DNA from: Terriglobia bacterium
GTDB lineage: Bacteria; Acidobacteriota; Terriglobia; JAJPHL01; JAPKYU01
Length of the DNA stretch: 64,000 bases
Direction: 5' to 3'
Assembly: GCA_965206645.1 (NCBI GenBank)
Contig: CBDBKE010000004.1
Span: 1,440,001-1,504,000, forward strand
The number at the start of each line of letters is the position of its first letter. The first letter of the stretch is position 1. Positions 37,391-46,856 of the stretch are shown one piece after another. A program made the position numbers and the translations under genes. Under the pieces are notes generated by a model that saw only the letters and a list, made by a program, of their open reading frames with translations, was not told the origin of the DNA and ran no database searches.

Positions 37391-38913
37391 TGAGCGGGTC
37401 GAAAGTCAGAGGTTCAAAGTCCAAGGTCGAAGAGTTCCACCCCCTGTTGCGACCGCCTCGCACGCCGGCCGCCAGAGCGGGCAATCAAGCCACAACGGGC
37501 AATCAAGCCAAAGCGAGCAATCAAGAAGGCTGGGCGTTGCTCACCCTGATCTTCTTCTCCGCGCTGCTGGCGATTTCACTGGCGTCCGTACTGCCGCGGG
37601 CGGCCATGGAAGCGCGCCGGGAAAGGGAAGCGGACTTGATCCACCGTGGCCTACAGTATCAGCGGGCCATCCAGCTTTATTACCGAAAGTTCCGCCGCTA
37701 TCCCTCCAAGATGGAGGAGTTGGAAAACACGAATCGCATCCGTTTTCTGCGGCGGCGCTTCACGGATCCGATTGCGGGAAGCGAGGAGTGGCGTCTTATC
37801 CACATCAGCCCGCAGGGCCTGTTGACTGATTCGGTGCTGCAGCAGGCCGGTGGAGCCGCCACCGCTGCAGTTCCGGGCGTGACTCCGGGCGTGCCCGGTG
37901 CTCTGCCGGGAACGCAAAATTGGTCGCAACAGCCGGGGCGCAGCTCTCAGCCCACTTCTGGTTTCGGGCAGACTTCCCGCTTTGGACAGCCGGCGAATCC
38001 TGCCGCCCGGCCAGGACAGGTGCGGCAACCAGGCGGTTTCGGCCAGCCGGCAGGTTTTGGGCAGCGGGCCGCGGGGGCAGGCCCCACACCAGCCGGCTTC
38101 CGGCTGCCAGGACAGTCGGTGCCCGTGTCACCTGGAACGATGACCATCCCGGGGCTTCCGGCCTGGGTGCGGCCCAGGCAACAGCCGGGGCAAACAGCTT
38201 TTCAAACGCCACTCGTCGGGCAGCCATCGAGGCCCGGCCAACAGTCGGGTTTCGGCCAGCCGACCCAACCCGGTCGACCCCAGGGAACGGGTAGGGTTGT
38301 GATTCCCGGACTCCCCGCCGGAGTGCAGATCGGCGTTCCCCCCGGGGCGGCGTACGGTGCGCCTGCCGGGGGCACGGCGCGTGGAATGTCGCCCGGGACA
38401 GGCTTGGGCGCTAGCGTCGGGATAACCACCACGGGTTTCGTCCCCCTTGTTGGAAATCCCACGGGCTCCGGCACGGTTCCCGGCCAGCCTACTGCTTTAG
38501 GCGGTCAGCAGATTGGGGGCGGCATCGCTGGCGTGGCCAGCACCAAGGAAGCGCCTTCGATGAAGATCTACAATGGCCGCGAAAAATACAACGAATGGGA
38601 ATTCGTCTACGATTTTCGCCGCGACCCGACGATGCTGGGCCGCCAGGTCCAGGGCGCTCCCGTCCAGCCAGGCGCCTTGGTGGGCCAACCCCAACGGCCG
38701 GGTCGCCCAGGTCAGCCACAACCCCGTGGGTTCGGCCAGCCGCAGCAGGGTGGCTTCGGTAGGCCCCAACCTGGCGCGTTTGGCCAACCGCAGCCAGGCC
38801 AGTCGGGCAGGCCCCAACCTGGCCGGCGCGGTCAACCGCAGTCAAGAAGGCCCGGCCAGCCACAGCCCGGCGGCATCGGCGCGCGGCCGCCAATTCTATT
38901 TCCGCGCCGCTGA
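37390..38913 (+). CDS. Pilin/pseudopilin-like protein with long Gly/Pro/Gln low-complexity regions
   Basis: EG|WALLTL hydrophobic N-helix, REREADLIHRG..Y..AI..YY, RFLRR..DP, GIAGVAS and YNEWEFVYD motifs flanking GFGQP-type repeats. Confidence 0.7.
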   Translation: MSGSKVRGSKSKVEEFHPLLRPPRTPAARAGNQATTGNQAKASNQEGWALLTLIFFSALLAISLASVLPRAAMEARREREADLIHRGLQYQRAIQLYYRKFRRYPSKMEELENTNRIRFLRRRFTDPIAGSEEWRLIHISPQGLLTDSVLQQAGGAATAAVPGVTPGVPGALPGTQNWSQQPGRSSQPTSGFGQTSRFGQPANPAARPGQVRQPGGFGQPAGFGQRAAGAGPTPAGFRLPGQSVPVSPGTMTIPGLPAWVRPRQQPGQTAFQTPLVGQPSRPGQQSGFGQPTQPGRPQGTGRVVIPGLPAGVQIGVPPGAAYGAPAGGTARGMSPGTGLGASVGITTTGFVPLVGNPTGSGTVPGQPTALGGQQIGGGIAGVASTKEAPSMKIYNGREKYNEWEFVYDFRRDPTMLGRQVQGAPVQPGALVGQPQRPGRPGQPQPRGFGQPQQGGFGRPQPGAFGQPQPGQSGRPQPGRRGQPQSRRPGQPQPGGIGARPPILFPRR

Positions 38914-39096
38914 GACAAAGCGTCTGCGGCGGTTTCCTCCTCCAGGCCTCACACTGCCGCATCAAACCCGTCGTACTTAGAGAAAAGCTAGGCCTAAAGG
39001 AAAGCTGGGGGAATTCTCCACCGACCCTGGAATCGCCAGATGGATTCTCCGGAGCCTCGCAAGAAATTCCGCTTGACAATTGTGCTTGACAGAGGC

Positions 39097-39127
39097 GGAC
39101 ATATATGACCTATAGTCATATATGTCC
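39097..39127. promoter_or_regulatory. Probable TetR operator (perfect 13-bp inverted repeat, 5-bp spacer)
   Basis: GGACATATATGAC-CTATA-GTCATATATGTCC, next to TTGACA hexamers at 39073 and 39086 and upstream of the TetR gene. Confidence 0.75.
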
Positions 39128-39151
39128 ATTGGTCACATTTAAACTACGGGG

Positions 39152-39820
39152 ATGCCAACTCGCTCCCAAGTCGCCCGGCGAGCCCCACCCAACCGCCGTG
39201 AACGGCGGCGGGCCGCCACCCGTGAACGCATCTTTCGCGCTGCCTTGCGCCTTTTCGCGGCGCGGGGAGTTTTTGCCACCACCGTCCAGGAGATTACTGA
39301 AGCGGCTGATGTCGGCAAGGGCACCTTCTTCAACTACTTTCCCAGCAAGGAACACTTGTTGGCGGCCTTCGGCGAGATTCAGGTGGCCAAGGTGCGCGCT
39401 GCGGCAGCCGAGGCCCGCCGCGGACAGAAACACTCCCGCGAACTGCTCCGTCGTTTGATCCATGACCTGGCGGAGGAGCCTGGCCGCAGCCAGGCGCTGG
39501 TGCGCAGCCTGCTGGCGGCCAACATGGGCAGCGCGCCGGTCCGCTCCCTTATGCGCCACAACCTGGGCCGCGGCCGGAAATTGCTGGGGCAGCTCATCGC
39601 CCGGGGGCAGCTGCGGCGCGAGATACGCCGCGACCGCAAGGCGATCGAACTTGCACGCTACTTCCAGCAAAGCTTCTTTGGTGCGCTGCTGCTGTGGACG
39701 CTCCATCCTCCCTCGCCTCTGGAGGCGTGGTTGAACACGACCTTTGAGCTGATTTGGACGGGGATAGATGCCCGGCAGGGCGGGGCAGGTAGGAGAGCAG
39801 GCAAGGAGGGACTCGCGTGA
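39152..39820 (+). CDS. TetR/AcrR family regulator
   Basis: AALRLFAARG..TTVQEITEAADVGKGTFFNYFPSKE HTH. Confidence 0.92.
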   Translation: MPTRSQVARRAPPNRRERRRAATRERIFRAALRLFAARGVFATTVQEITEAADVGKGTFFNYFPSKEHLLAAFGEIQVAKVRAAAAEARRGQKHSRELLRRLIHDLAEEPGRSQALVRSLLAANMGSAPVRSLMRHNLGRGRKLLGQLIARGQLRREIRRDRKAIELARYFQQSFFGALLLWTLHPPSPLEAWLNTTFELIWTGIDARQGGAGRRAGKEGLA

Positions 39821-41325
39821 AGAATCATCTTCGGCTGCCGGTCCATTGGGGTTTCTATTACTTGAACTGGCATTTGAATTGGCACTGGAATTGGATTGCC
39901 CTCTTCCTTTCCCTGACTGTTGTCCCCGTGGTCGCTTACGGGCAAAGCCGTCCAGAGGAGCCTCGATCGCGTCTAGCCAGCTCCGCCGGGCGCCTCCTGC
40001 GCCTCAGCTTGGGACAGGCGGTCGAGATCGCGCTCCAGCCGGAAGGAAACGCTCGCATCCAAATGGCCGAGCAGCTGATCCGGCAGGCGCAGGCGCGCTC
40101 GGCCGAAACGCGGGCCGCGCTGCTGCCCGATTTGTCGGGATCAGTCGGCCTGCAGAACCAGAGACGAAATCTGGAGGCCCTGGGGCTTCAGGTGCAGTCA
40201 CCGATTCCCGGTGTTGTCATTCCGCGATCCGTGGGACCCTTCAGCACGTTTGACGCGCGCGCCTTCGTGAGCCAGAAGATTCTCGACTTTGCCGCCATCC
40301 GGCGCTTCCAGGCCTCTCGGACCGGCGTCCGGGTGGCCCGCGCCGAGGACGAGTCCACCCGGGACCAGGTGAGCCAGCAGGTGGGGCGCGCTTATCTAGC
40401 CACCATGCGGGCGGAAGCTTCGCTGGAAACAACGCGGGCGAATCTGGCGCTGGCTGAAGCGTTGCTCCGGCTCGCGGCGAATCAGAAGGCCGCCGGTACC
40501 GGGACAGGAATTGAGGTGACTCGTGCCCGCGTGCAACTGGCGCATGAACGCCAGCGTGTGCTGGCGAGCGGGAACGAACGGGAGCGGACGCACCTTGAGC
40601 TTTTGAAGCTGCTGGGATTGAAATTGAATACGGAGCTGGAGCTGACCGACGCGCTGGCCTATCTGCCGGCCCCGACGATGGAGGTCGCGGAAGCGCTGGC
40701 TACGGCGATGGAGTCGCGCGCCGAGTGGAAGGCGCAGCAGAAGCGAGAACACCAGGCAAGTCTGAACTACAGCGCTACGAAGCTGGAGCGGCTGCCCGCT
40801 CTGGTCGGATTCCTGGATTACGGTTCCATCGGGGTGCGTCTCGATCGGTTGTTGCCCACGCACACCCTCGGCGTAGCGCTGCAGGTCCCCGTTTTCGACG
40901 GAGGCCGCAGGGAGGCGCGGCGCGCTGAAAGCTTGTCCCAACTGCGGCAGGAGCGGATCCGCACCCATGATCTGCGAGAGCAGATTGAGCTGGAAATTCG
41001 CCTGGCCCTCGACAGCCTGCGCTCGACAGAACAGCAGGTGCAAGCGGCGCAAGAGGGGCGGCAGCTGGCCGAGAATGAGCTGGCCCAGGCGCGCCGTCGC
41101 TACCAGGCGGGCGTAACCAGTAGCCTGGAAGTGACCGACGCTCAGACGCGTCTGGTTCGGGCCCGCGAGGACCACATCAACGCGTTGTTCAACCACAACC
41201 TGGCCCGTATTGACCTGGGCGCCGCAATGGGCACCGTGCGGCAGGTCCTTCAACAGAGCAGCTCTGGGATAAATCCTGATACGAAGCTGCCCGGGAGCCA
41301 AGGCCAAGGAAGGTGGCAGCCGTGA
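39817..41325 (+). CDS. TolC-family outer-membrane efflux protein
   Basis: LSLGQAVEIAL, ALLPDLS, VPVFDGG and RRYQAG..SLEVTDAQ. Confidence 0.88.
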   Translation: MKNHLRLPVHWGFYYLNWHLNWHWNWIALFLSLTVVPVVAYGQSRPEEPRSRLASSAGRLLRLSLGQAVEIALQPEGNARIQMAEQLIRQAQARSAETRAALLPDLSGSVGLQNQRRNLEALGLQVQSPIPGVVIPRSVGPFSTFDARAFVSQKILDFAAIRRFQASRTGVRVARAEDESTRDQVSQQVGRAYLATMRAEASLETTRANLALAEALLRLAANQKAAGTGTGIEVTRARVQLAHERQRVLASGNERERTHLELLKLLGLKLNTELELTDALAYLPAPTMEVAEALATAMESRAEWKAQQKREHQASLNYSATKLERLPALVGFLDYGSIGVRLDRLLPTHTLGVALQVPVFDGGRREARRAESLSQLRQERIRTHDLREQIELEIRLALDSLRSTEQQVQAAQEGRQLAENELAQARRRYQAGVTSSLEVTDAQTRLVRAREDHINALFNHNLARIDLGAAMGTVRQVLQQSSSGINPDTKLPGSQGQGRWQP

Positions 41326-42509
41326 GAGCGAACAAGAAATTGCTTCTCGTCGGCGGAGTCGTCCTCCTCCTTGTCCTTGTGGGCTTGTTGGGATTGCGGC
41401 GGTGGATCGGCGGTCGCCCTGAGACGATTGCCATTTCGGGCAACATCGAGCTGACTCAGGTGGACGTCGCCTTCAAGATTCCCGGCAAACTGATCGAGCG
41501 CGCCGTGGATGAAGGGGAGCCAGTTAGGAAAGGCATGGTGCTGGCGCGGCTCGATGCTGAACAGACGAAGCGCCAGAGGGAGCGCGAGCAGGCCGGGCAG
41601 ATGGCGGCTGAGTCTCAACTGCGCCAGATCGTGACCGCAGCCCAGTACCAGAAGGAAACGCTGGAAGCCGAGATCGAACTCCGCCAGGCCGAACTCCGCC
41701 AGGCCGAGGCGGGCTTGAGCGAACTGCTGGCTGGCTTTCGGAAACAGGAAATCGAGCAGGCCCGCGCCGCAGCGGAAGAAGCAGCCAGCGAAGAGCAACG
41801 CGCTACCCGAGATTGGGAGCGCGCCCAGGTCCTCCATAAGAACGATGACATCTCCAGGTCTCAGTACGATCAGTTCCGGGCACGCTACCAAGCCGCCACA
41901 GCCGCGGCCCGGCAGGCCCGGGAAGGGTTGGCTCTGGTGGAGGAAGGTCCGCGGCAGGAAGAGATTGAATCCGCCCGCGCACAGGTGGCCCGCGCCCAAG
42001 CGGCATTGCGATTGAGCAAGGCGGCGCGGCTGGAGCTGAAAAGGAAACGACAGGAGATCGAAACCCGTCGCGCGGAAACCGCGCGGGCGCGGGCGCAGGT
42101 GGGAGTGCTGGACGCGCAGCTCGACGACACGATCGCCATTTCGCCCATTGACGGCGTGGTGTTGACGAAATCGGCCGAGGTCGGCCAGGTGCTGGCCGCA
42201 GGCACTCCCGTCCTCACCGTCGGCGACCTGGCTCATCCCTGGCTCCGCGGCTACATCAACGAGACGGATCTGGGACGGGTGAAGTTGGGCGCTCGGGTGC
42301 GGGTCACCACCGACTCCTACCCGGGCAAAGTGTACTGGGGACGTCTCTCCTTCATCGCTTCCGATGCGGAGTTCACCCCCAAGCAGATTCAAACCTCCGA
42401 GGAGCGAGTCAAGCTCGTCTACCGGGTAAAGATAGACATCCCGAACCCTCAACAGGAGCTGAAATTGAACATGCCGGTGGAAGCCGAGATCCTGCTGAAT
42501 GAAGAGTGA
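41322..42509 (+). CDS. HlyD-family efflux adaptor (YbhG-like)
   Basis: SGNIE, EGEPVRKG, SPIDGVV and AEFTPKQIQT; GTGA overlap with tolC. Confidence 0.9.
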   Translation: MRANKKLLLVGGVVLLLVLVGLLGLRRWIGGRPETIAISGNIELTQVDVAFKIPGKLIERAVDEGEPVRKGMVLARLDAEQTKRQREREQAGQMAAESQLRQIVTAAQYQKETLEAEIELRQAELRQAEAGLSELLAGFRKQEIEQARAAAEEAASEEQRATRDWERAQVLHKNDDISRSQYDQFRARYQAATAAARQAREGLALVEEGPRQEEIESARAQVARAQAALRLSKAARLELKRKRQEIETRRAETARARAQVGVLDAQLDDTIAISPIDGVVLTKSAEVGQVLAAGTPVLTVGDLAHPWLRGYINETDLGRVKLGARVRVTTDSYPGKVYWGRLSFIASDAEFTPKQIQTSEERVKLVYRVKIDIPNPQQELKLNMPVEAEILLNEE

Positions 42510-42545
42510 GGCAAGACGGAGAAGCTCCGCCGAGAGGCGCCTGCT

Positions 42546-43529
42546 ATGCCAGATGCTATGCAAGCTGCTATGCCAGCAACAGATTCCAACGCCGCTGCAG
42601 TGATCCGAACCGCGAATTTGACCCGCCGGTTCGACGCCCTGACGGCCGTCGACCGCCTCACGCTGGAGGTATCGCGCGGGGAAATTTTCGGCCTCGTGGG
42701 TCCCGATGGGGCCGGCAAGACCACCACCTTGCGCTTGCTCTGCGGCCTGATGAACCCGACCGAAGGACAGGCTTGGGTGGCAGGCCACGACGTGGCCCGC
42801 CACCCGCAGGCGGTGAGGGACCGCATCGGGTACATGGCGCAGCGCTTTGGCCTCTACCCCGATCTCACCGTGCGGGAAAACATGCTGTTTTATGCCGACC
42901 TGTTTGGGCTCCCGACAGCCGAAGGCAAGCCGCTGATGGAACGCCTGCTGGGCGTCACCCGCATGGAGCCTTTCCAGCACCGGGCGGCCGGCCGTCTTTC
43001 GGGCGGCATGAAGCAAAAACTGGCGCTGATGTGCACGCTGCTTCACCACCCGCAAATTCTTTTTCTCGACGAGCCCACCAACGGTGTGGACCCGGTGTCG
43101 CGGCGCGATTTCTGGGCCATCCTCTATCAACTGGTGAAGCAGGGAATGACCGTACTGCTCACAACGGCCTACCTGGATGAAGCCGAGCGCTGTAATCGGG
43201 TGGGCCTGCTCGATCGCGGGCGCCTCATCCGTTGCGACTCTCCGCAGGCGCTGAAGAAGCTGGTGGCGGAGTCCTGCTACCAGGTCACCTGTTCGAACCT
43301 GAGGGCGGCGCGGGAGTTCTTGCAGACCGCCGCAGGCGTGAAGAGCGTGGAGCCGTTCGGCGCCACCCTGCACGTCTTCCTCGCGGCTCCGGAAACTTCT
43401 TCCGTGGCGCTCGAACGGGCTTTGGAGCAGGAGGGTCTGGGTCCAGCCAGCTTCCGCCCGATCACCCCGTCTCTGGAGGACGTATTCATCGCGGAGATCC
43501 GTAAGGCTTCAGCGGGGAACCATGCCTGA
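42546..43529 (+). CDS. ABC transporter ATP-binding protein
   Basis: GPDGAGKT, LSGGMKQK, LDEPT. Confidence 0.92.
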   Translation: MPDAMQAAMPATDSNAAAVIRTANLTRRFDALTAVDRLTLEVSRGEIFGLVGPDGAGKTTTLRLLCGLMNPTEGQAWVAGHDVARHPQAVRDRIGYMAQRFGLYPDLTVRENMLFYADLFGLPTAEGKPLMERLLGVTRMEPFQHRAAGRLSGGMKQKLALMCTLLHHPQILFLDEPTNGVDPVSRRDFWAILYQLVKQGMTVLLTTAYLDEAERCNRVGLLDRGRLIRCDSPQALKKLVAESCYQVTCSNLRAAREFLQTAAGVKSVEPFGATLHVFLAAPETSSVALERALEQEGLGPASFRPITPSLEDVFIAEIRKASAGNHA

Positions 43530-44502
43530 GAGAGCCATGACCGAGGGGCCTGAGGGAAATTACCATGGGTGGGCCGTTGAGGTAGAGGGCCTCGCGAAGC
43601 GATTCGGCGCCTTTATCGCCGTAGAGCACGTTTCCTTCACTGTTCACCGGGGCGAGATTTTCGGCTTCCTCGGCCCCAACGGAGCCGGCAAGTCGACCAC
43701 CATTCGCATTCTCTGCGGGCTGCTGGCCCCGAGCGATGGCTGGGCTCGCGTAGGCGGGTTCGATGTGGCGGCCGAACCTGAGGACGTCCGAAAACATATC
43801 GGTTATATGTCCCAAAAGTTCTCGCTCTATGATGATTTGACGGTGGAGGAGAACATTGATTTCTTCAGCGGGGTCTACGGAGTTGCGAAGGAGCGGCGGG
43901 CCGAGCGCAAGCAGTACGTGCTGGCCATGGCAGGGCTGGGCGAGCGGCGGACGACGATGACGCGCCTGCTGGCCGGCGGATGGAAGCAGCGGCTGGCCCT
44001 GGGATGCGCCATCTTGCACGAGCCGCCCATCATTTTTCTCGATGAGCCGACTTCCGGCGTCGATCCGATTGCTCGCCGCGACTTTTGGGATTTGATCTAC
44101 CAGCTCTCGGCGGCCGGACACACGATTTTCGTCACCACCCATTACATGGATGAAGCCGAACATTGCCACCGGCTGGCCCTGATGTACCAGGGAAAAATTA
44201 TCGCCCTGGACGCGCCCGCCTCCTTGAAGCAGGCATTCGCGTCACACACCCTGATGGAACTGGATAGCTCGGACCCGCTGGAGAGCCTCAGAGTGCTGGA
44301 GGGAGCCGAAGGCATCGCGGAGGTGGCGGTCTTCGGCGCAGGATTGCACATCACCGCGCGCGACCCGGACACCGCCGTTAGCCAGATTCGCAGTCTGCTG
44401 GAAGAGCAAGGTATCCAGATTCAGCGCCTGGAACCAATTCAGCCCTCCATCGAGGACGTGTTCGTCGGCATGATCGCCGAGGAGGAGCGCAAGTCAGCAT
44501 GA
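43522..44502 (+). CDS. ABC transporter ATP-binding protein
   Basis: GPNGAGKST, LAGGWKQR, LDEPTSG and TTHYMDEAE. Confidence 0.92.
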   Translation: MPERAMTEGPEGNYHGWAVEVEGLAKRFGAFIAVEHVSFTVHRGEIFGFLGPNGAGKSTTIRILCGLLAPSDGWARVGGFDVAAEPEDVRKHIGYMSQKFSLYDDLTVEENIDFFSGVYGVAKERRAERKQYVLAMAGLGERRTTMTRLLAGGWKQRLALGCAILHEPPIIFLDEPTSGVDPIARRDFWDLIYQLSAAGHTIFVTTHYMDEAEHCHRLALMYQGKIIALDAPASLKQAFASHTLMELDSSDPLESLRVLEGAEGIAEVAVFGAGLHITARDPDTAVSQIRSLLEEQGIQIQRLEPIQPSIEDVFVGMIAEEERKSA

Positions 44503-45632
44503 ACCTGCGACGCACCCGGGCGGTGGCGAAAAAGGAATTGCTGCACATCCTGCGGGACCCCAACAGCCTGGTCATGGCGCTGGCGGTGCCGCTGGTTCTG
44601 TTGCTGCTGTTCGGCTATGCGCTGTCGCTGGACGTGGACCGCGTGCCGACCTGGATCCACGACGCCGACCGGAGCTCGGAGAGCCGGCACCTGATCTCGC
44701 GGTTTCGCGCCTCACGCTACTTTCAGGTTCTGGGCACAGCCGACCGGCTGAAAACCGTCGAGCAGAAAATTGACCGCGACGAGTGCCTGCTCGGCGTCTC
44801 CATCCCGCGGGGGTTTGCCCGTGACCTGCTTGCCGGTCGGCAAGCAGAGGTGCAACTGCTGCTGGACGGCAGCGATTCCAATACAGCGTCCATCGCCCTG
44901 GGTTATGCGGAGACGATGGTGCGTCTACACGCGGTGGAATTGCAGGAGCAGGCCCAGGTCCGCAAAATGGGGTTCCGATCGCCTCCGCCGGTCGAGAACC
45001 GGATTCGCGTCTGGTACAACAGCGACCTGGAATCGAAGAACTACATTGTGCCGGGACTGATGGCAGTCATCCTGATGATCATCGCCTCGCTGCTCACCTC
45101 CCTAACCATCGCGCGGGAGTGGGAAACGGGCACCATGGAGTCGTTGCTTGCCACGCCGCTTCGGCCGGCGGAACTGGTGCTGGGCAAGCTGGTTGCTTTT
45201 TTCGGCGTGGGCCTGGTGGATATGCTCGTGGCGCTGCTGGTCGGCGTGCTGGTTTTCCGCGTGCCGCTCCGCGGAAATGCGCTGCTGCTGTTTTTCACCG
45301 GCTGCATCTTTCTGTTCGGGGCGCTCTGCTGGGGCATTCTTCTTTCGGCCGTGGCACGTTCGCAATTGCTGGCTTACCAGTTGGGGATGCTGACTTCCTT
45401 CCTGCCCGCCTTCCTGCTCTCCGGCTTTGTCTACTCCATCGAGAACATGCCGGCGGTGATTCAGCTGGTGACCTACATCTTTCCGGCCAGGTATTTCGTC
45501 ACCATCCTCAAGGGAATCTATCTGAAGGGTGTTGGGCTGGAGGTATTGTTCCTGGAAGTCGGATTGCTGATCGTGTACGCGGCGATTATCTTCGCCGTTG
45601 CTACAAAGAAGGTGAAACAGAAGTTGGCCTGA
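44499..45632 (+). CDS. ABC-2 permease (YbhS-like)
   Basis: KELLHILRD, DGSDSN, WYN, VPGL, AREWETGTME and LSGF. Confidence 0.9.
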   Translation: MNLRRTRAVAKKELLHILRDPNSLVMALAVPLVLLLLFGYALSLDVDRVPTWIHDADRSSESRHLISRFRASRYFQVLGTADRLKTVEQKIDRDECLLGVSIPRGFARDLLAGRQAEVQLLLDGSDSNTASIALGYAETMVRLHAVELQEQAQVRKMGFRSPPPVENRIRVWYNSDLESKNYIVPGLMAVILMIIASLLTSLTIAREWETGTMESLLATPLRPAELVLGKLVAFFGVGLVDMLVALLVGVLVFRVPLRGNALLLFFTGCIFLFGALCWGILLSAVARSQLLAYQLGMLTSFLPAFLLSGFVYSIENMPAVIQLVTYIFPARYFVTILKGIYLKGVGLEVLFLEVGLLIVYAAIIFAVATKKVKQKLA

Positions 45633-45637
45633 CGGCG

Positions 45638-46795
45638 ATGTGGGAGCGTATCCGGGAAATCGTTCGCAAAGAGCTGCGCCAGGCGCTGCGGGAGCCACGC
45701 ATGCGGGTTGTCTTGTTCATCCCGCCCTTGATCCAGCTGCTCATCTTTGGCTACGCGGTCAATCTGGACGTGGAGACCAGCCGCCTCGCCTGGATGGACC
45801 GGGATCGGACCCCGGCCAGCCGCGAGTTGTACGAGGCCTTTGCCGGCTCGGGGCGGTTCCAGATGACGGCCTCACCCTCCCGCGAGAGCGAAGTCGAGGA
45901 GTTGTTGGATCACGGCCGCGTGCATGCCGTGGTCCACGTACTTCCCGGGTTTGGCCGCAACATCGCTCGCGGCAAGACCGCCGGGGTGCAGGTTTTGCTG
46001 GACGGCAGTAACTCCAATACTGCCTCCATCGTTTCCGCCTACGCCTCCGGTGTCATTACCGCCTACGGTAACCGAGTCCGGGCTCGGCAACAGAGAGCGC
46101 GGCTGGTGGCCCGCACCACTCGCGCCGGTGAACCTGTCGCCGCCGCCCCGCCGCCGCTGGAGATCCGAAGTCGCGTCTGGTTCAACCCGGACTTACGCAG
46201 CCGGAACTACTACGTCCCGGGGGTGGTGATCAACATCATCACGCTGGTCACGATCATGCTGACGGCCATGGCCATCGTTCGCGAGAAAGAAATCGGCACC
46301 ATGGAGCAATTGCTGGTGACGCCGATCCGCCCGGTGGAGCTGATGATCGGCAAAACACTGCCGTTTGCCCTGGTGGGGCTGTTCGATCTGGCACTTGTCA
46401 CCGCGGCCGCTCTGGTGGTGTTTCGCATTCCATTCCGGGGCAGCCCGCTATTGCTGCTGGGCAGCGCCCTGCTGTTCCTGCTGACCACGCTGGGCATTGG
46501 CCTGTTCCTCTCCACCATCTCCCAGACGCAACAGCAAGCGATGATGGCCTCGTTCTTCTTTTTCATGCCCGCCTTCATGCTCAGCGGCTTCGCCTTCCCC
46601 ATCCGGAACATGCCCATACCTGTGCAGCTGCTCAGCTATCTGAACCCGCTGCGGTATTTCATGGAAATTTCCCGCAACATCTTCCTAAAAGGAACCGGCA
46701 TTACGGTGCTGTGGCCGCAGATGCTGGCGCTGCTGGTTTTCGGGATCACCATCCTGGGTCTCAGTTCCCTCCGCTTCCGCAAGCGCCTGGATTGA
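45638..46795 (+). CDS. ABC-2 permease (YbhR-like)
   Basis: ATG at 45638 (MWERIREIVRKE), WFNPDL, REKEIGTMEQ, LSGFAFPI. Confidence 0.9.
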   Translation: MWERIREIVRKELRQALREPRMRVVLFIPPLIQLLIFGYAVNLDVETSRLAWMDRDRTPASRELYEAFAGSGRFQMTASPSRESEVEELLDHGRVHAVVHVLPGFGRNIARGKTAGVQVLLDGSNSNTASIVSAYASGVITAYGNRVRARQQRARLVARTTRAGEPVAAAPPPLEIRSRVWFNPDLRSRNYYVPGVVINIITLVTIMLTAMAIVREKEIGTMEQLLVTPIRPVELMIGKTLPFALVGLFDLALVTAAALVVFRIPFRGSPLLLLGSALLFLLTTLGIGLFLSTISQTQQQAMMASFFFFMPAFMLSGFAFPIRNMPIPVQLLSYLNPLRYFMEISRNIFLKGTGITVLWPQMLALLVFGITILGLSSLRFRKRLD

Positions 46796-46813
46796 AAAAG
46801 CTCTTCTCTCGCC

Positions 46814-46856
46814 GTGTGCACGCGGCATTCGCGTCGTACTGCCTACTGCCTACTGG
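46814..46856 (-). mobile_element. Truncated remnant of a second four-helix-bundle/heptamer element
   Basis: GCATTCGCGTCGTACTGC (46825-46842) is 17/18 identical to 48669-48686; three heptamers, then ATG CCG CGT GCA CAC versus ATG CTG CGT GGC CAC of the intact gene. Confidence 0.65.

Noticed and set aside
41250-43373. 707-aa minus-strand ORF and similar long antisense ORFs (494..1588, 9754..10806, 14897..16432, 32734..34104, 53211..54536)
   Set aside because: Shadow ORFs opposite well-supported genes in GC-rich DNA, with no recognisable motifs.
45119-45637. N-terminal extension of the second ABC permease
   Set aside because: Overlaps the preceding permease; the real start is most likely ATG 45638.
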